This document shows positions 27,401-41,324 of a stretch of 64,000 nucleotides of DNA, piece by piece. Below the pieces are notes generated by a model. It ran no database searches. It saw only the letters and a program-made list of their open reading frames with translations, and was not told the origin of the DNA. A program made the position numbers and the translations under genes. Source of the DNA: Balanoglossus misakiensis (Eukaryota > Animalia > Hemichordata); NCBI GenBank assembly GCA_040954595.2, contig CM082578.2:16662998-16726997 (forward strand), written 5' to 3'. Each line of letters begins with the position of its first letter. The first letter of the stretch is position 1.

Positions 27401-30400
27401 AGCTAAACTTACTCCATTTAAGGAGATTCCGTGTTTGAGTTCAGGCATGGGCATTGTGTGTGCTGTTCTGGCTTTCATTGAACAATTATGCTTTATTTTT
27501 AAAAGCATTCAAACAAACAAACAAACACATAGAAAGAATACCCAATCCAGAGTTCCCTGTAAAGGCCATATTGGCCTATTCAGCAACATGAGCACGTTTT
27601 ATGTCTGTAACTTTGCTTGCTTGGCAAGTAAGCCATCTGTCTTGCAGGCAAACTTTGGCTGCATTTGGAACAGTTCTTGTGGTTCATCCACCTGCGCTTT
27701 CCCGGGGTTTGCAGATGCAAAACCATGTGATTTAAACATATTGAAATTCGTTCCGGTTGTCTGTATAGGAACATTTGACGACCTTATGGCTTGGTCGGGA
27801 GACCAAAATGATGCAATATGAATTAACGATTGCGGTGTATCTCTTTCTTGTGGGCCCTCCGAGAATGTGTATTACTCTCATCCGACTGACATTTCAGTTT
27901 AGCTGATTATCACTTGAATGTAATTAATGACGTCGGTGGCTTGGTCCGAGGGCACCGTCACCTATTTATCATGCAGCGTATTCAGGGCATATGTCGACAG
28001 AAGAAAGCATTAAACAAGATGAAATGTTGATGAACTGTGTCAGAACAATCCGTGATTTGAATGTATTCAGTTATAGAGGCATCATGCATCTGCAAATGTA
28101 CTTGAATGTAGTCCTTTCCAATTAATGTATGCAAATTGATGGTTCGGATGAATTATTTTTAAGTAAGCGGAAACCGATGTCCATGGCCAATGTCAAGCAG
28201 ATACCGACGTTTGCTTGTGACCAGGATGCTATGATAGAAACATAATTATAGGCACGGATGTGTCAGTTCATTGATGGCAATCAAATCATACCTGCAGTGA
28301 AGTGCCTCTCATATTTTCAACCTGATTAAAACATGACAAACTGCAGTGGCCAACTAAGCGCTACCTGGTTAGAACCGACTTGTAATATCTAAAGGACTAA
28401 CCTCAAGTTATGTTACCCCTTTCGTTGATCCTTCTATGATACAATGATTATTTGAATTGCATCAATTATTATATAGTGGTTCTATATGAGGCATAAGTGA
28501 TATATCACCTTGCTCGTCATCGGTCAACAGCATACTCAATCAAATTATAGTAATAGTTTCCACAGGAACAACTGTAACCAAACTACAAGAGCCAATTTTC
28601 CATCCTCGAGATTGAGAGAGAGAAAAATGAGGTCAGTTAACAATCGGATGAGCATGTGTCATGGTGATAGATCCAGGTCCTGTCTACAAAATCTTCTCTC
28701 GGAAATAACATTTCAAAATCACTTATTCGCGCCAGTACTTTGGACAAAGCTATGGAGCCCACCCTAACCTTAAAGGTGCCTTCCCCTAATGATGATGAAA
28801 CAGGCGCCATTTGCGGTGACACCACCAGCTTGATTATTGTATCCAGCTACCTGTGCACTCATGGATTTTTTTGCCTTAAAGTAGGACAAAGTTAAGAGAG
28901 GAAATACACTGTCATTTCTTGAAAATCTTGGCGAATTGTTGAATCTGAAAAATTACAAATGTGCTATGTCTCCTCATAAATGTGAGTACAACTTTACGTC
29001 GTCAATATCCATTGATCTGTGGAGAACGAAATCTTATGATGTCTCACAAGAATGCGTGCATGAATGCAAACAGTGATACATATATCTTAGTAACCGTTTA
29101 TACCTGCAGACAAATGAAAGATTGTTTTAGGGGAAGGAACACATCTTTACCCATTCTGAATACAAAATAAGCTAAATAAGTGCATAGAATGAACATTGTA
29201 CAATAGTTCTTCAAAACCCCATTCAACTGTTAACTGCTGTAAGGCCTGTCCCTATCCAGAACAGCGCTAAAATTTGCCAGATGAATTTTTTCGTCTTCAA
29301 CGTGGTTTGGGATTTAGTCTTACAAACAGCTCCTTTGACGTACAACGACTATATGAGGTTTGTAAGTCGTTAGAAAGCCATAACACCAAGGACAGATTAA
29401 GCCCAGCAAATGGCTCCTCTTGCACGCTTCCCGTTCTCGTAAAGCTGCCTGTGACAATTCATCAATTTTACCCGATTATTGAAGAGCGACTTATTATAGG
29501 CACTCATAGTTACGACACCGCTGAGTACCAGGAAGCTGTTCGACGACAAGGTAACAAGTAGTACTGTTGCCAGGGTTACTATGCAACGTTGAATGGGGCA
29601 GGAGAAACGTGACCTTCACAACTTGCGTGCCGCACCTGCAGCCCGTTCAGCCAGAGATATGTCTGAGCAAGTCAGCGCAAGGGACCATTTTCTGTCGAGT
29701 TGATATACCTGACAACTGATTAATTGAATCCTCATGGCCGCTGCATACACAAACAATCAGAGTAACAGTTTGATCAGTAAACAACACCTTTTTTCGAGAG
29801 TGTTCCAATTTCGAGAGTTCTGTTGAGCGTACGTCTATAGTTATTTAGGAATAAATGAATTGTGTTTTTAGTACCACTGGGCAAATTCCTAAATGTCCAG
29901 TGCATGTATCCTCAACAACTTGACGACCTGCAGTGATTGGAAAAACTCTGAAGACCTTAATTCGAAAATTTATTGAAACTCTCGGCAATTTCACACTGTC
30001 GTAAAAAACAGTTTCGCGCCGCAGCGATACTGTCAATCAGGCCGTGGGCACCATATGGGTGAAGTGAAATTTATGACTGAAAATAATACGGTTTCTTCTT
30101 AGCTCACAGGCCTTGGAATGTGCAATCAAATTTTATCGGATAACACTTAATACTCGTATATCAGCGTCTAAATCAAAGGTCGAAATTTCAGGAACAAACG
30201 GAGCACCGCGCTTTGACGTTATTGGACGATCAGTAACCTTATTGCAAGACTTGTAACCAAAACATGTCGGTGTTTATAATTGTGGCAGGTTAACATCGGT
30301 TTAACAACAGATGTTTATCACGACAGGTATACTGTCGACGCTTTAACATGAATAAAAATTGACTATTGAAGAGGAACGCCTAGATAATCACACGGTCGTA

Positions 30401-31422
30401 AACACTGCATGGCACTCAGAGATTAAATGTCACACTAGCATACCCTAACTCTAGAACTGTAAAGTCATCCTTCCATTGTGCCTTTGCAGTTATATGCAAT
30501 TTTAGCCATGTGGTCATTAGAAGATTTATACTAACCCTTGCAACCGTAAATGAGCATATGTAAATTAGAGTTACTGTGCCCCTTTCACCTTTGCTATCCA
30601 ATGAGCTATATACACTTCATGAGCAGAGAGAAATTAAATCGCTGAAGATCATGCAAATCTTTTACTGTATATAGCGGTATTATATATGTTTCACACCTTG
30701 ATAATTTATTTCATTTGAATTAGCCAGATCTTGACTATTTTATATTGAATGCAGTGTCCCTCACATAACTTTTTTCGGAAACAATCTCAACCTAGGATAT
30801 TCCATGCATTTTGTAACAATGCGTTTAGCTGCCAATAAGCAAACTACCGAAATGTTGAATATTTTTTGTTAGGATTCTTGGGAACGGAGCAACCCAATCT
30901 GTTATTTTCTATTTATTGACGTACAACTTTGCTTTGGGTTGGTTGTACATTATTTACCCATACCTATCTAATTCGATAATCCTCTCCTGTTCTGTGATTC
31001 TATGTTGCTTTGATCACTTTGTGTAAATGAAGTTCGACCCTGCTCACACTGCCACGCACCCATGTATACATCCGCATTGTCAATGATTAGTCATGCCTGA
31101 ATACACACATTTCAAATTTGGTGTGTGGATATTGTATCAATACGACTTGTTTGTCGTTCGTTTCCAAATACGATTCAATATGGCTGACGGGTGATGACTA
31201 TCAAGTTGTTCCCCTTTTCATGTTCACAGCCATAACAAATCCGAGACAGATCATCTGAAAACTTGTTACAAGAAATCTGCGATTGCCGCTAAGTATGTAG
31301 ACTAAGTTCGCATTCCCAAATAGTTCCGATGCGTTACTCAGGGATCACTTTGTTATGTAAAGTACGAGAAACTATACGCGGATAGGAATCAATCATTACA
31401 CATTAAATGAAAACCGCAGTTC

Positions 31423-31480
31423 TTAAGGTATAATAACATCTCCGGAACAAATGTTCAGAAAAGTGATAGTGCTCTGAACA
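31423..31480 (+). mobile_element. Old TTAA-GG (Kolobok-like) transposon end, copy 2
   Basis: ttaaggta...catct..ggaaca..atgttcagaaaa..ata..ctc aligns by eye with 20212-20270. Confidence 0.4.
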
Positions 31481-34400
31481 TACCAGATGTCACACCAAAA
31501 CGACCAAACAGGGGAGCTATTGTGTGTCCGTTAGATTTCTGATTGTAATAATGGGGAGTATTTTTAACAATCTGCACTAGAAAGTTTGACCGCTTACACT
31601 GATGAAAACTAAAACTACATTCTAAGTTGTGAATGAAATTATACTAAAACAGCAGCAAGCGTCGTTGCTCATATCTCAAGATTGTTACTGTAACTTAGCA
31701 GCGAGAGGACAGTGTTTTACACCTTTGAAATATGTCAAACTTCCTTCAGTGAATCAAAGTTCACCCACACAAGCACAAGATTTATTAAGTACGGCATAGC
31801 TGGGAACAGCATCACCTTGCACAGTAGAGTAAATGACTACCGCCAGTGATGTAAGAAATCGACGGTGGATGGTGTGTCAAATCAAACATGTTTTAGATTT
31901 GATAAATAGGTATGGCACTAACTGCCTTCACACTGATTCCGAGAATTAGACATCAGGTCTGCTACTTCGAAGACAGGCAGACAATATGCATTCCATTCAT
32001 CTTCTTTCAATTGAATTGCATCACTGTTAAAGTTACTTTAGGACTCTAGCATCCGCATGGAATTCTACTCATTAATGTCTATCAACGCCTTCAGTGAAAC
32101 ACAAAGGCCACTCGTGCGCGACCAACTTCATTGCACTGTGTTGTTTTGAGTTCCACATTGTGGGTAGTATGGAAAAGCTTAAAATCGAATTCTCGAGCTG
32201 TGGACCGTGTGGCTGCAGTAGTACTTTATAATTTCTTACAGCAGCAAATCTGGGCGATATCTGTGAGTTAAGACGTTTCGTAGTAAACATCACAATAGCC
32301 TGTGCTCTGTAAAGCTTGATAATTGTGCCGCGCAAACACGTAGCTGTACAGACCTAATTGCTATAATTTGCCTGCCTTTTAGAAGCTTACACTTATTTTA
32401 TCTGTGAATGTTATTTCTCAGAAATCCTGACAAGAATGGCTGCATGCGTAGTTTTTGTGTAGAGTGGCATTGAATGTTTCGTGTGTTAATTGAAGCAGTT
32501 AACAAAGGTAATAATTTACATGCAACAGACACTGGGACCTTAATCTGCACGGTCAGATAACCATGTGGGACTGTCCTCACTTTAAATTGCATTACTGATT
32601 GTTACAGTGTGTATACGAATCATTGAACACATTGGACACACATTTTGATTGTTTCTTGTGCTTAATAGTGAACGTCATGAACTTTGGCAGTTTCAAAAAA
32701 GACTATATCGGGAAAGAATTTCCGGGACTAGCACTGACCCAAAGTTTGTTGGATATCATAAGTTTCGAACACGGTCAGGCAGACGAAATTGTAAGTTTCA
32801 ATCTTTAATTGGCCGATGGTTGCTTTGTGCCTGTTATTGTGTATTATTTGTCGCCAAAGTTCAGAAAATCATACCATAGTCGAGATTATATGTCTTCGTG
32901 CCAAAAGCAAAGCCTTAAAACGCCTTATCTAAGACATCTACAAAGTGTCATGTGAACAACTTTCTGGTTGAATCATAAATCGCCTTATAGCCGCTAAATA
33001 TGCTAAAACAAATCGTCCTCCGTTCACTTACATTTGGTAAAAGGAATTATCACAAAAATATTTATAGTGACGGCAAGAGAGACACTACATTTTCTGGAGC
33101 ATTAGTCTGTGTTGTCTTTTCAACATCCAATGTTTTGCACAGAGATTGCCAGTATCAACATGCCCCTTTTTATTGGGGGAGTTCTGCCTTGAACTTTAAG
33201 ACTTGTAGGCAAATATAATTGGAAAGTTGTTGTCACAATATAAACTAATTCTTCTCATTTTGATGCCTCACTTCTCTCTATAGAGCAGTTAATGTAAAAC
33301 ACTGCATTGATTCAGTGTTGCTCCAGCACAGATCCCGATAATTACATTCACTCATTGACTTCAAATTGATCGCCGAGCTAAGACTGTTCTATGAACGATA
33401 ACACTTACCGTTGCATTGATGATTTCACCCAAAGAAGTACAGAATACACCAACGACCACAGACAGGACAGCTTGTGATTCTGTCACTGATAAGTGTTGTT
33501 TCGGGACACACACTGTTCCATCAAGTTGCGAACGCAGTAGAGCAGTAAATGTGTACTCTCGTACAGCAGCCCCAAACACGAAAGGCTGCGGCACCTGCGC
33601 AGTTTTATTTTCGTTAATGCACAGGAATACGTGCTTCAGCTCTATTTTGTGATTTCCACATGGCCATTTTGCTCATGCGCAGACTCCGGGGATACTCTTG
33701 TGGGAAATAAAACTTGCGGCGATTATATATCGATTAGGTGCGTTGGCCAATTAACAAATGGAAAAAAGCTGTATTGTCACATGTATTCACATCATCACAT
33801 CACACGGGTTGCAAGAGTTCACAAAACAGTCATATTCAAACAAGTTTCCTTTGGCATTTAAGCTTTACAAAAATATTGAGTCTTGGAGAGAATATAGAAA
33901 ATGTACAAATATACCCTACAATAAAAATAGGTATGCAGATAGTAAACCAGATGGTCTTCGGATAGGGTTGAAATTGTTCTTGATATAAAATGGAAAGGAA
34001 CACTTCCTAACATTTTCGCTTTATAACCGCGAGCATGGCATTTAAGATAAGCACAAATAATGGATGCATCTGCAGCAAAGAAACCCTTGTTATGACCAAT
34101 GTTTTGTATGCTAGCGAGTTTTTTATCGACTTAAAAGTCTTGCTCTAGGCTTTGCAACATCCCTTTATATCACGCTTGTAATTCACGTCACACTTGACAG
34201 TCATGACCCGTACATCATTATTTTACACGAAATTCAAATGCACATAAACTTTAAGTGAAGGTTTTTTTGCCGCGTTTATGTCTATGATTAATGATGGTAT
34301 GTCTTGGTTAAGTTTGATCCATCCACCTGCTGTTTTTCGACCATGATGCAAATGTATGTCAAAAATACACGTAGCTTCCTTTTCTGGAGGCGCACACGTG

Positions 34401-37286
34401 ATATGCTTGTTGTTCGCAGTTAGTGTAAAATTGACAAGCTATGCTGTGTTTTGCCGAGGACACGTGAAGGATGTCAGCATCCAAGGTCATTGACAAAGCC
34501 TGTGACGTTGGCACATTTGCTACAAAAGATGGACTGCTCTGATCTTATGCACCGTTAACACCTCATTTAGTTCTCTATCAATAAAATGCAATTGCCACAA
34601 ATTAAACCGACGCTAGTGCTAACATTAACAAATTACCTTTGCCGTGCATCAACTGTGTCCTGTATAGGTTGACAGCAAAAGACAAAGGAATGTTATAATG
34701 GATGCAGATTGCTTCAGGCTCAACCGCATTTTACTTATTAATTCACATAAAGCCGTACGTTGCTGACAGTCAGTTGAGAACAAACAATATTTTATATTAT
34801 GATAAGCATGTGTTGATACACGCGTAAATGTCAAATTATTTTTCCCCTTGTGAGATAAAATATCATCAAGCATTGGCTGTAACACTGTACTGAAAATACT
34901 ATTATGCTTCTTTACGAAGGATCCATTATGATGGTATTTACATAAGTTGAAAGATGTCCATACAAGAACGTAAAACAATCAAGCACTTGCTAGCCATCTC
35001 AAACAACTAGTACGTGAGGACTTTCATGTCTACAAATGTCAGACATCGCATCATTCATGACACAATTAATGCAGTGTATGTAGAATTCCCTGGTGATTGT
35101 TTAAGTGGTGCGATATTTTGTTGATTAGAGAAGAATATTTCTTTTCCCACTGTGATAAATAATTTCAGGACAGACGTCGACATAGAATGAATTTTTAATT
35201 AGTTTGTACACCTTCGGCAACCATGACGCATATCAAAGAAGGCGACTCAATGTTTGTTTTATTGGTGTCGTTTGTTTGAATGAGGATTTTATTGTCTACA
35301 AAGTCATCTTATGGTTTTATGTTGGAGGGAGACGCCTATGTTCTATCGTATATTATCACTCTTTCAACCAAAGCCTTTAAGAAAACATTTTGTTTCTATT
35401 GTTTTATCTATAATGTCCACATCCTCAAGAAAGAGCCATTCCACTTCAATTTTAACGACTCATTTGTAGATGAGTATAATATATTCCATTACTCGGATGC
35501 AAGTTGTCTTTCCTGATTGGTGTCAAATTAGCCAGCCGTGTTCTTAACGAACCTGGAGAGCATTCTTGTCAAACTTCGGTGATGGCTTTGATACAACTGT
35601 TATTGATCGACGTTCTCACTGTTCATTGGCCTTCATCTTACACCTGCATGAACAAGTAGACTGATAATGTCAAGTTGTTAAGTGGTCCAATTAGGGGAAA
35701 GTAGATTTACTGCTTCCATTGTCAGGTCACGTTGAAAAGGCCTGGTTTGGAACATGATTGTAAATTTTAATCATAACGTGTAGAAGACACCATTCATCAA
35801 CTGAAGCTATTTAATGTAAGTTAATGCCGAGGGAAACTGCATGTAGGTCATCAAATAGGTCATAGGATGAGCCGGAACCTAACCTGCTCCCAGTTTTATC
35901 ATCTAATTATGAAATTATAAAGAGAAGCAATGTATAACATAGTGCTGCATAAAGTGGATTTTCAGTATTACAAACTCATGAACTATACAAGGTCAGTCAG
36001 TGTAGTAGTACTGACCTAAATTAGGTATCAAAATCAGCAAACATGTTCATAAATTCATATTAACGTATTAATGTAAACAAAAAAAATGATAATCTGAGGC
36101 AGCTGTTATTCGACTAATTATCAAACATGTACGTTGGGTTTATTTTCCTATAGTTATAACCACAGAAAAAAAGTAACAACAACCGCCTGCAACTCAAACA
36201 CGGGAGGGTGAATTCGACACCCATGCTGTCCAAACAACTTGTTGCAAGCACTCGTCGGGAGTCGTCCTCACCTAAAACTTCTGATGTACTGCACAGTAGT
36301 TATCAGTGCATCTCCATCAGGTACATGTATTGTGGTCTGCTCTTTTGGAAGGCAAGAAACAAACTACTAATATTTACGATAGTTTGTTCAACTTAGAACA
36401 AGTTCCTGTATTACCATAACTTTCTAGACTGTTTCAGCGTTAATGATACAGACAGACAGAAAGATGGAGCACGATGTTCATCTATACCTTGGGTTTCTCC
36501 ACACCCACAACTTAAGTCAGATTAAACTATAAAATGTAGGAAAGAAAATGTTGAATTCCTTAAGTACCGGTATGTCCCGTGTTCCAGTAATTTGCATGAA
36601 AAACATTGGACACTGATCATTAAATCCAGTTGGTTTATTTTTTTACATTTAATGGGCAGGAAGTGCCAATAATTGGGAACAAGGAATACCTCTGCATGGA
36701 ATTAAACTGTCTGGGTGGGAGAAACGTCGGGTTGGCATGCTCATGCCAAATGTTAATAATGATTTTAATTACTTTTTCATGTCTATAGCCTTGATGAGTT
36801 TATGACTGAACTGATTCTTTTGTCATTGCGTATGAGGATAATGTGTTAATGTTTGATGAATATAAACGTCAATTTGCTTGTGACGAGATCCAATATTTTG
36901 TGAGGATTTTATTCATGTCCAGAGCTGTTACACAGACAGACCCACTGTTTTTAAATGCACCAAAACAAATTGGCAGGAACCCCGGGCCAGAGAAACTGTT
37001 CGGTTCCCAAGAATAAGGTCTATTTAACCTCGTTTGCAGTGAAATCAAGTTTTGAAACCTGGCTTTTCATGGTTTTGTGTATTTTCATTGCTGGAGAAAT
37101 CTGTGTCAATGACAGCGGAAATTTGTTTATCATTAATATTTCCGTTCACGCCTGCAAGATGCATCTCCTGCCAAGCTCCTCTTGAGATTTTACATTGCAG
37201 CCTCTCATGCTGAGATCATTCTATATTTTGTGTCACTTCTTACTCATCGACGGCGGACCTTCGCGGGTTTTCTTACTATCATTAAA

Positions 37287-37466
37287 TATATCATAATCTC
37301 CTGGAGTTCAAGACAATTATTCGTAACGATGCAAGTCCTGGTTCACATAAATTGGCCTATTTTATTTGCTATGTTATCTAGAACTAATGAAAGTATATCA
37401 TTATCTCCTGGAGTTCAAGACAATTATTTGTAACGATGCAAGTCCCGTTCACAAAAATTGGCCTAT
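37287..37466. repeat. Local direct duplication of about 73 bp (offset 107 bp)
   Basis: tatatca(t/a)..atctcctggagttcaagacaattatt..gtaacgatgcaagtcc..gttcaca..aaattggcctat at 37287-37360 and 37394-37466. Confidence 0.92.
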
Positions 37467-37609
37467 ATGTAAGTTTTGAAAAAATAGAGCACAGTATTAC
37501 GCGAGCGAGTTCATTTTTCCTTTTCTCTCTTTGCAACTTATTTAATAACCTGATTGTTCATCTAGTCCGATGTGCATATTATCCAAAACTTGTCAACAGT
37601 TTATATTAA

Positions 37610-37815
37610 AGGGACAAATTTGTCTATGCTATGAAGGCATTTGCATAGAGGTCACAAAACAAAATTATTTCTTTACATAAAGCCAAAGGGGTAATTTTTT
37701 AATTAACACTTCTGAAGATATAGATCATTAGTTTGTACACATGAGAGACTTTTATGCAAGTATTCCATGTATTCTTGATATCACAGAAAGGTCAAAAGAG
37801 AACGACGTTGTCCCT
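37610..37815. mobile_element. Degenerate Kolobok-type MITE (about 206 bp)
   Basis: TTAA|AGGGACAA ... TTGTCCCT|TTAG: the same 8-bp terminal motif in inverted orientation with a near-TTAA flank. The interior is not palindromic. Confidence 0.5.
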
Positions 37816-38692
37816 TTAGAGTGTTTCAAAAAATAACTGAAATTTGACACCGTTTTGGATCTTGCCATTGCGCTGTCTGAACATTTGAGGAGAAGCCACT
37901 GCATGCATGAGAACTGTGTCGTGATGTTTTCAAACACTGATCATGTAGATCTCCATTTCTGCGCGTGTCTTTTCATTTTATTTATCATCTTCTTCCTGTA
38001 CTCAGAGCAATTTCTAATTTGCCTACACTCAGCATTCATTTATGTATCGTACGTGCACTATTGAAATTGCCAATGCCTACCTGTGAACTACAGGACGTTC
38101 GGAGTAGGAAGAAAAGGAAGGGTTTTATGATTGGACTGCATGGCGCCCGCAATGAATAGGCCGAAAAATGCTGCCGGGTATTGCCTTGTAGACATTTTCA
38201 GAGATTGTCTCTGAAATTACATTTTGTGACTATTAGAGCTGCAATACTACATCTCATATTGCGACGCAATATTTCCGCTTCCGCTTGTTCCTTTCTCAGA
38301 TCTCCAGCAGGTCTTCCTTCCTCATCAGTTTTTGTCAATTAAACACCCCTTTAAAACAGAAGGTGATAGTTCATGGGGGCTATTTCTACTTGTTTATATT
38401 TGCATTCAGCTTGGTATATCAATGACTGTCCATTTAGTGATAGTCTGGACACCATCCTTCACATGTGTCCAGAGTGTCAAAGGTTACATTTTCATCTTGT
38501 GTTTCATTGATAAATTGGTTGGAAAATTAGTAATAATGAGAATATCCTTCAAATTTGGTTCGTATTATCTTCAGTTCACCCTTCAAGAAGGGTCAAAATA
38601 ATGATATGGGGCTTGTCAACGTGTTTTGTTTGCACAATTGCTAAATTAGTGATTCATAAACCTTGTTATTATAAGATTACAGAAAATGAATC

Positions 38693-38695
<3 letters not shown>

Positions 38696-38727
<32 letters not shown>

Positions 38728-38735
38728 ATCATCAT
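38696..38735. repeat. (CAT)n microsatellite
   Basis: Read directly; one interruption. Confidence 0.95.
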
Positions 38736-41287
38736 TGGGCATAACATTGATGTTGCACATTGAAATACAGTCCAATAGAAATTAATGCGTAGGCAAAGAT
38801 TAAACTTTATAACACTGTTCCCTTTTTGCTGAGTGTGGTTAAATGTATGAAGCCCCCGTGGTGCATTAATGGATAACGGTGAGATTTAAAGAGACCATAG
38901 CAGTTACTGTAACCTATTTCTTCAGTATTTTTGTGCTGTGTACAAACTAGGGTTTCTTAGCCTACTCTTTATGGCATGCTAAAATGTCCATCAATGTGCT
39001 TCTCAGCTGGTTGTAGTTGTGTATGTGTAACGAACATTGTTATTGATGGTGAAAAAAATTCAAGTCCACTCTTCAACAATATCAAAGCTGACTGCACTGA
39101 CATAGCTGTGTTGAGAAGGTAAATACCGGGCAGTTTTTCTTGCCTTGGGGGAGTCGAACACAAATACTGGTAAATTGGCCACAAATGGAGCTAATATGGA
39201 GAGTAAACAAATCGTAGAATCAGGATTATTTTGTCAATAGCTGACAGGGTTTTATCTGACAAAATTTGGCCAATGAATGTCTTGAAGGTATTAACAAAGA
39301 CACAAGTGAAAATGTTAACCATGGCTTCTAAGACGACAAAATTTAGCAGAGGCAGACCTAAGGCCTAAAATTTGGAACTTTAGAACAGGTACATTTTCCT
39401 GTGAACAGATGGATCGAACATCAATGGCGAGGACTGGTGCATTGAAATTCTTGTCTGGCAATCATGTCAGCTGAGAGTATCGGCAAATGCAGAAGTGATT
39501 TTTTGTGTGTGTGGTCATGGGGTGAATTCAGTTGAAATTGGGTAGTTGGTAATTTCAACTGAACTTTTAGGGTTATGTTCAACTCAATTTGAATCATGAT
39601 GCACAATGAAATAAGACTGAGCCATCAGGGAACTTTACAGGGAATCCAGACTGTTGGTATGGAGTTGTTAAAATTGAGTCTTTGGCAGAGTGTTGAACTG
39701 ATACGAGCTCAGAGGGTGGATTCTGTTCAGAAAAATATAGATTGATAAAGATAAGTTGTGTGGTGGTTGTTGTGTGTTTGGTTGCATTGTGTGGACGTAC
39801 CAGTATAGGGGACGTATACACTCAATTGAAATTGGGCTGTCATGAAAATTTCATCGAAATAAGCCTTCAGGACTGGAAGGGGCATTCTTTAAGTTCGTCT
39901 TATGGGGTGGGTGATTATATGAAATATAAACCACTACTTGTCCCCAGCTTCCTACCTTTGCATAATATCTTAATCTACCCCTTGGGTGGTGGAAGTACTC
40001 TTCGATGACTTAATACATGTAGATGGCTATGATGAACTATATTTCTAGGCCGATTATTTTTCCACGGCAGTGCAAATGCAAAGTTATAATGAAACGGATC
40101 TCACTTGTCTATTGATGTATTTGCATATGGTTCATCTTGAAACATGCATTTGCCCGCAAACATACAAAAGCAAACGTATATGTCCTGCCCTACACAGACA
40201 CGAAAAGTGTAATATACTACTTTCTTGAATAAGGCTGTCGATGATTTAAATTTGTCCATTTTTCCTAATCATGCGGCCATGCGATTGTTTTCAATGTAAT
40301 AGTAGAAGTTCCAGAATTTTAATGATTTGCGCTCTCCTGTTCCATATCATAGTATCCTTATCTGACACAGGACACCGCATACGCTACATGGAGTCACTGG
40401 ATATTGCTGTAGACCAGCTGGAGTCGATTTAATTTTTAAGTTGATATCTCCATAGCAGCCTTGTGCGTCTATAACAGAATGTCATTGATTTGTGTGGAGT
40501 TTCGAGCCTCTTCTTTGTGAGGGTCGAGTGCGCCCTCATGTGGTTATAGTTTGATGCATCATTTCATCACTCGTTGCCCCGAGAACATGTTCAAACAATA
40601 GGAGGTATATCTACCATTAATAATTGATACCTTGCATTTGATAAGATTTCTTGTAATATGTTAAAGGGGAAATTGGTTATCTTTTGACATTATTACTTTT
40701 AATGTCTTGCTTTCATGTGGCTGTTGTCGTATCAATGTACTTTTAAACTGGGTGTACGTGGAAAACAGCAATTCATTTGCTAAAGTTGACATAGAAGATG
40801 GCGTACCAGCCACAAAGAGGAGAGCTTACGGTTATTTTTGAATTATACACAGGGACATTAAAACACTTTAGGTACACTACATATTGCTCATGAAAGTATA
40901 TGTCGGAGGTGAAACATTGCGATATCATTTTTAACATTTTAAATGCCGGTACTGCATATTGAAATTAAACAAAAATACATGACCTTATTTCAAATAAATG
41001 TGTTCCTACACCTGTTATGTGATGTGATGAGAATAATTTTACTGATAGTGAAGTATAGTGCGCCTTTCAAAAATGAGATCCAATAACAAAACAAAAATGC
41101 ACAGGGTCGCAAATAATATTTAAGGATGAACTCGTAAAAATGGAAGCCATTTAGCAGCTCTTAACAAACTGTATCCATTAAGATCAGATTGACGTTTCCT
41201 GGCGTAAAAGCCTTTTCTGTGTGGAATATGCATTTCAAAGCATAAACTCAGCGGGCAGTTTAGTTTGCGATATGGCTTCCTACACTT

Positions 41288-41288
<1 letters not shown>

Positions 41289-41324
<36 letters not shown>
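41289..41324. repeat. (CA)n microsatellite
   Basis: Read directly. Confidence 0.95.
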
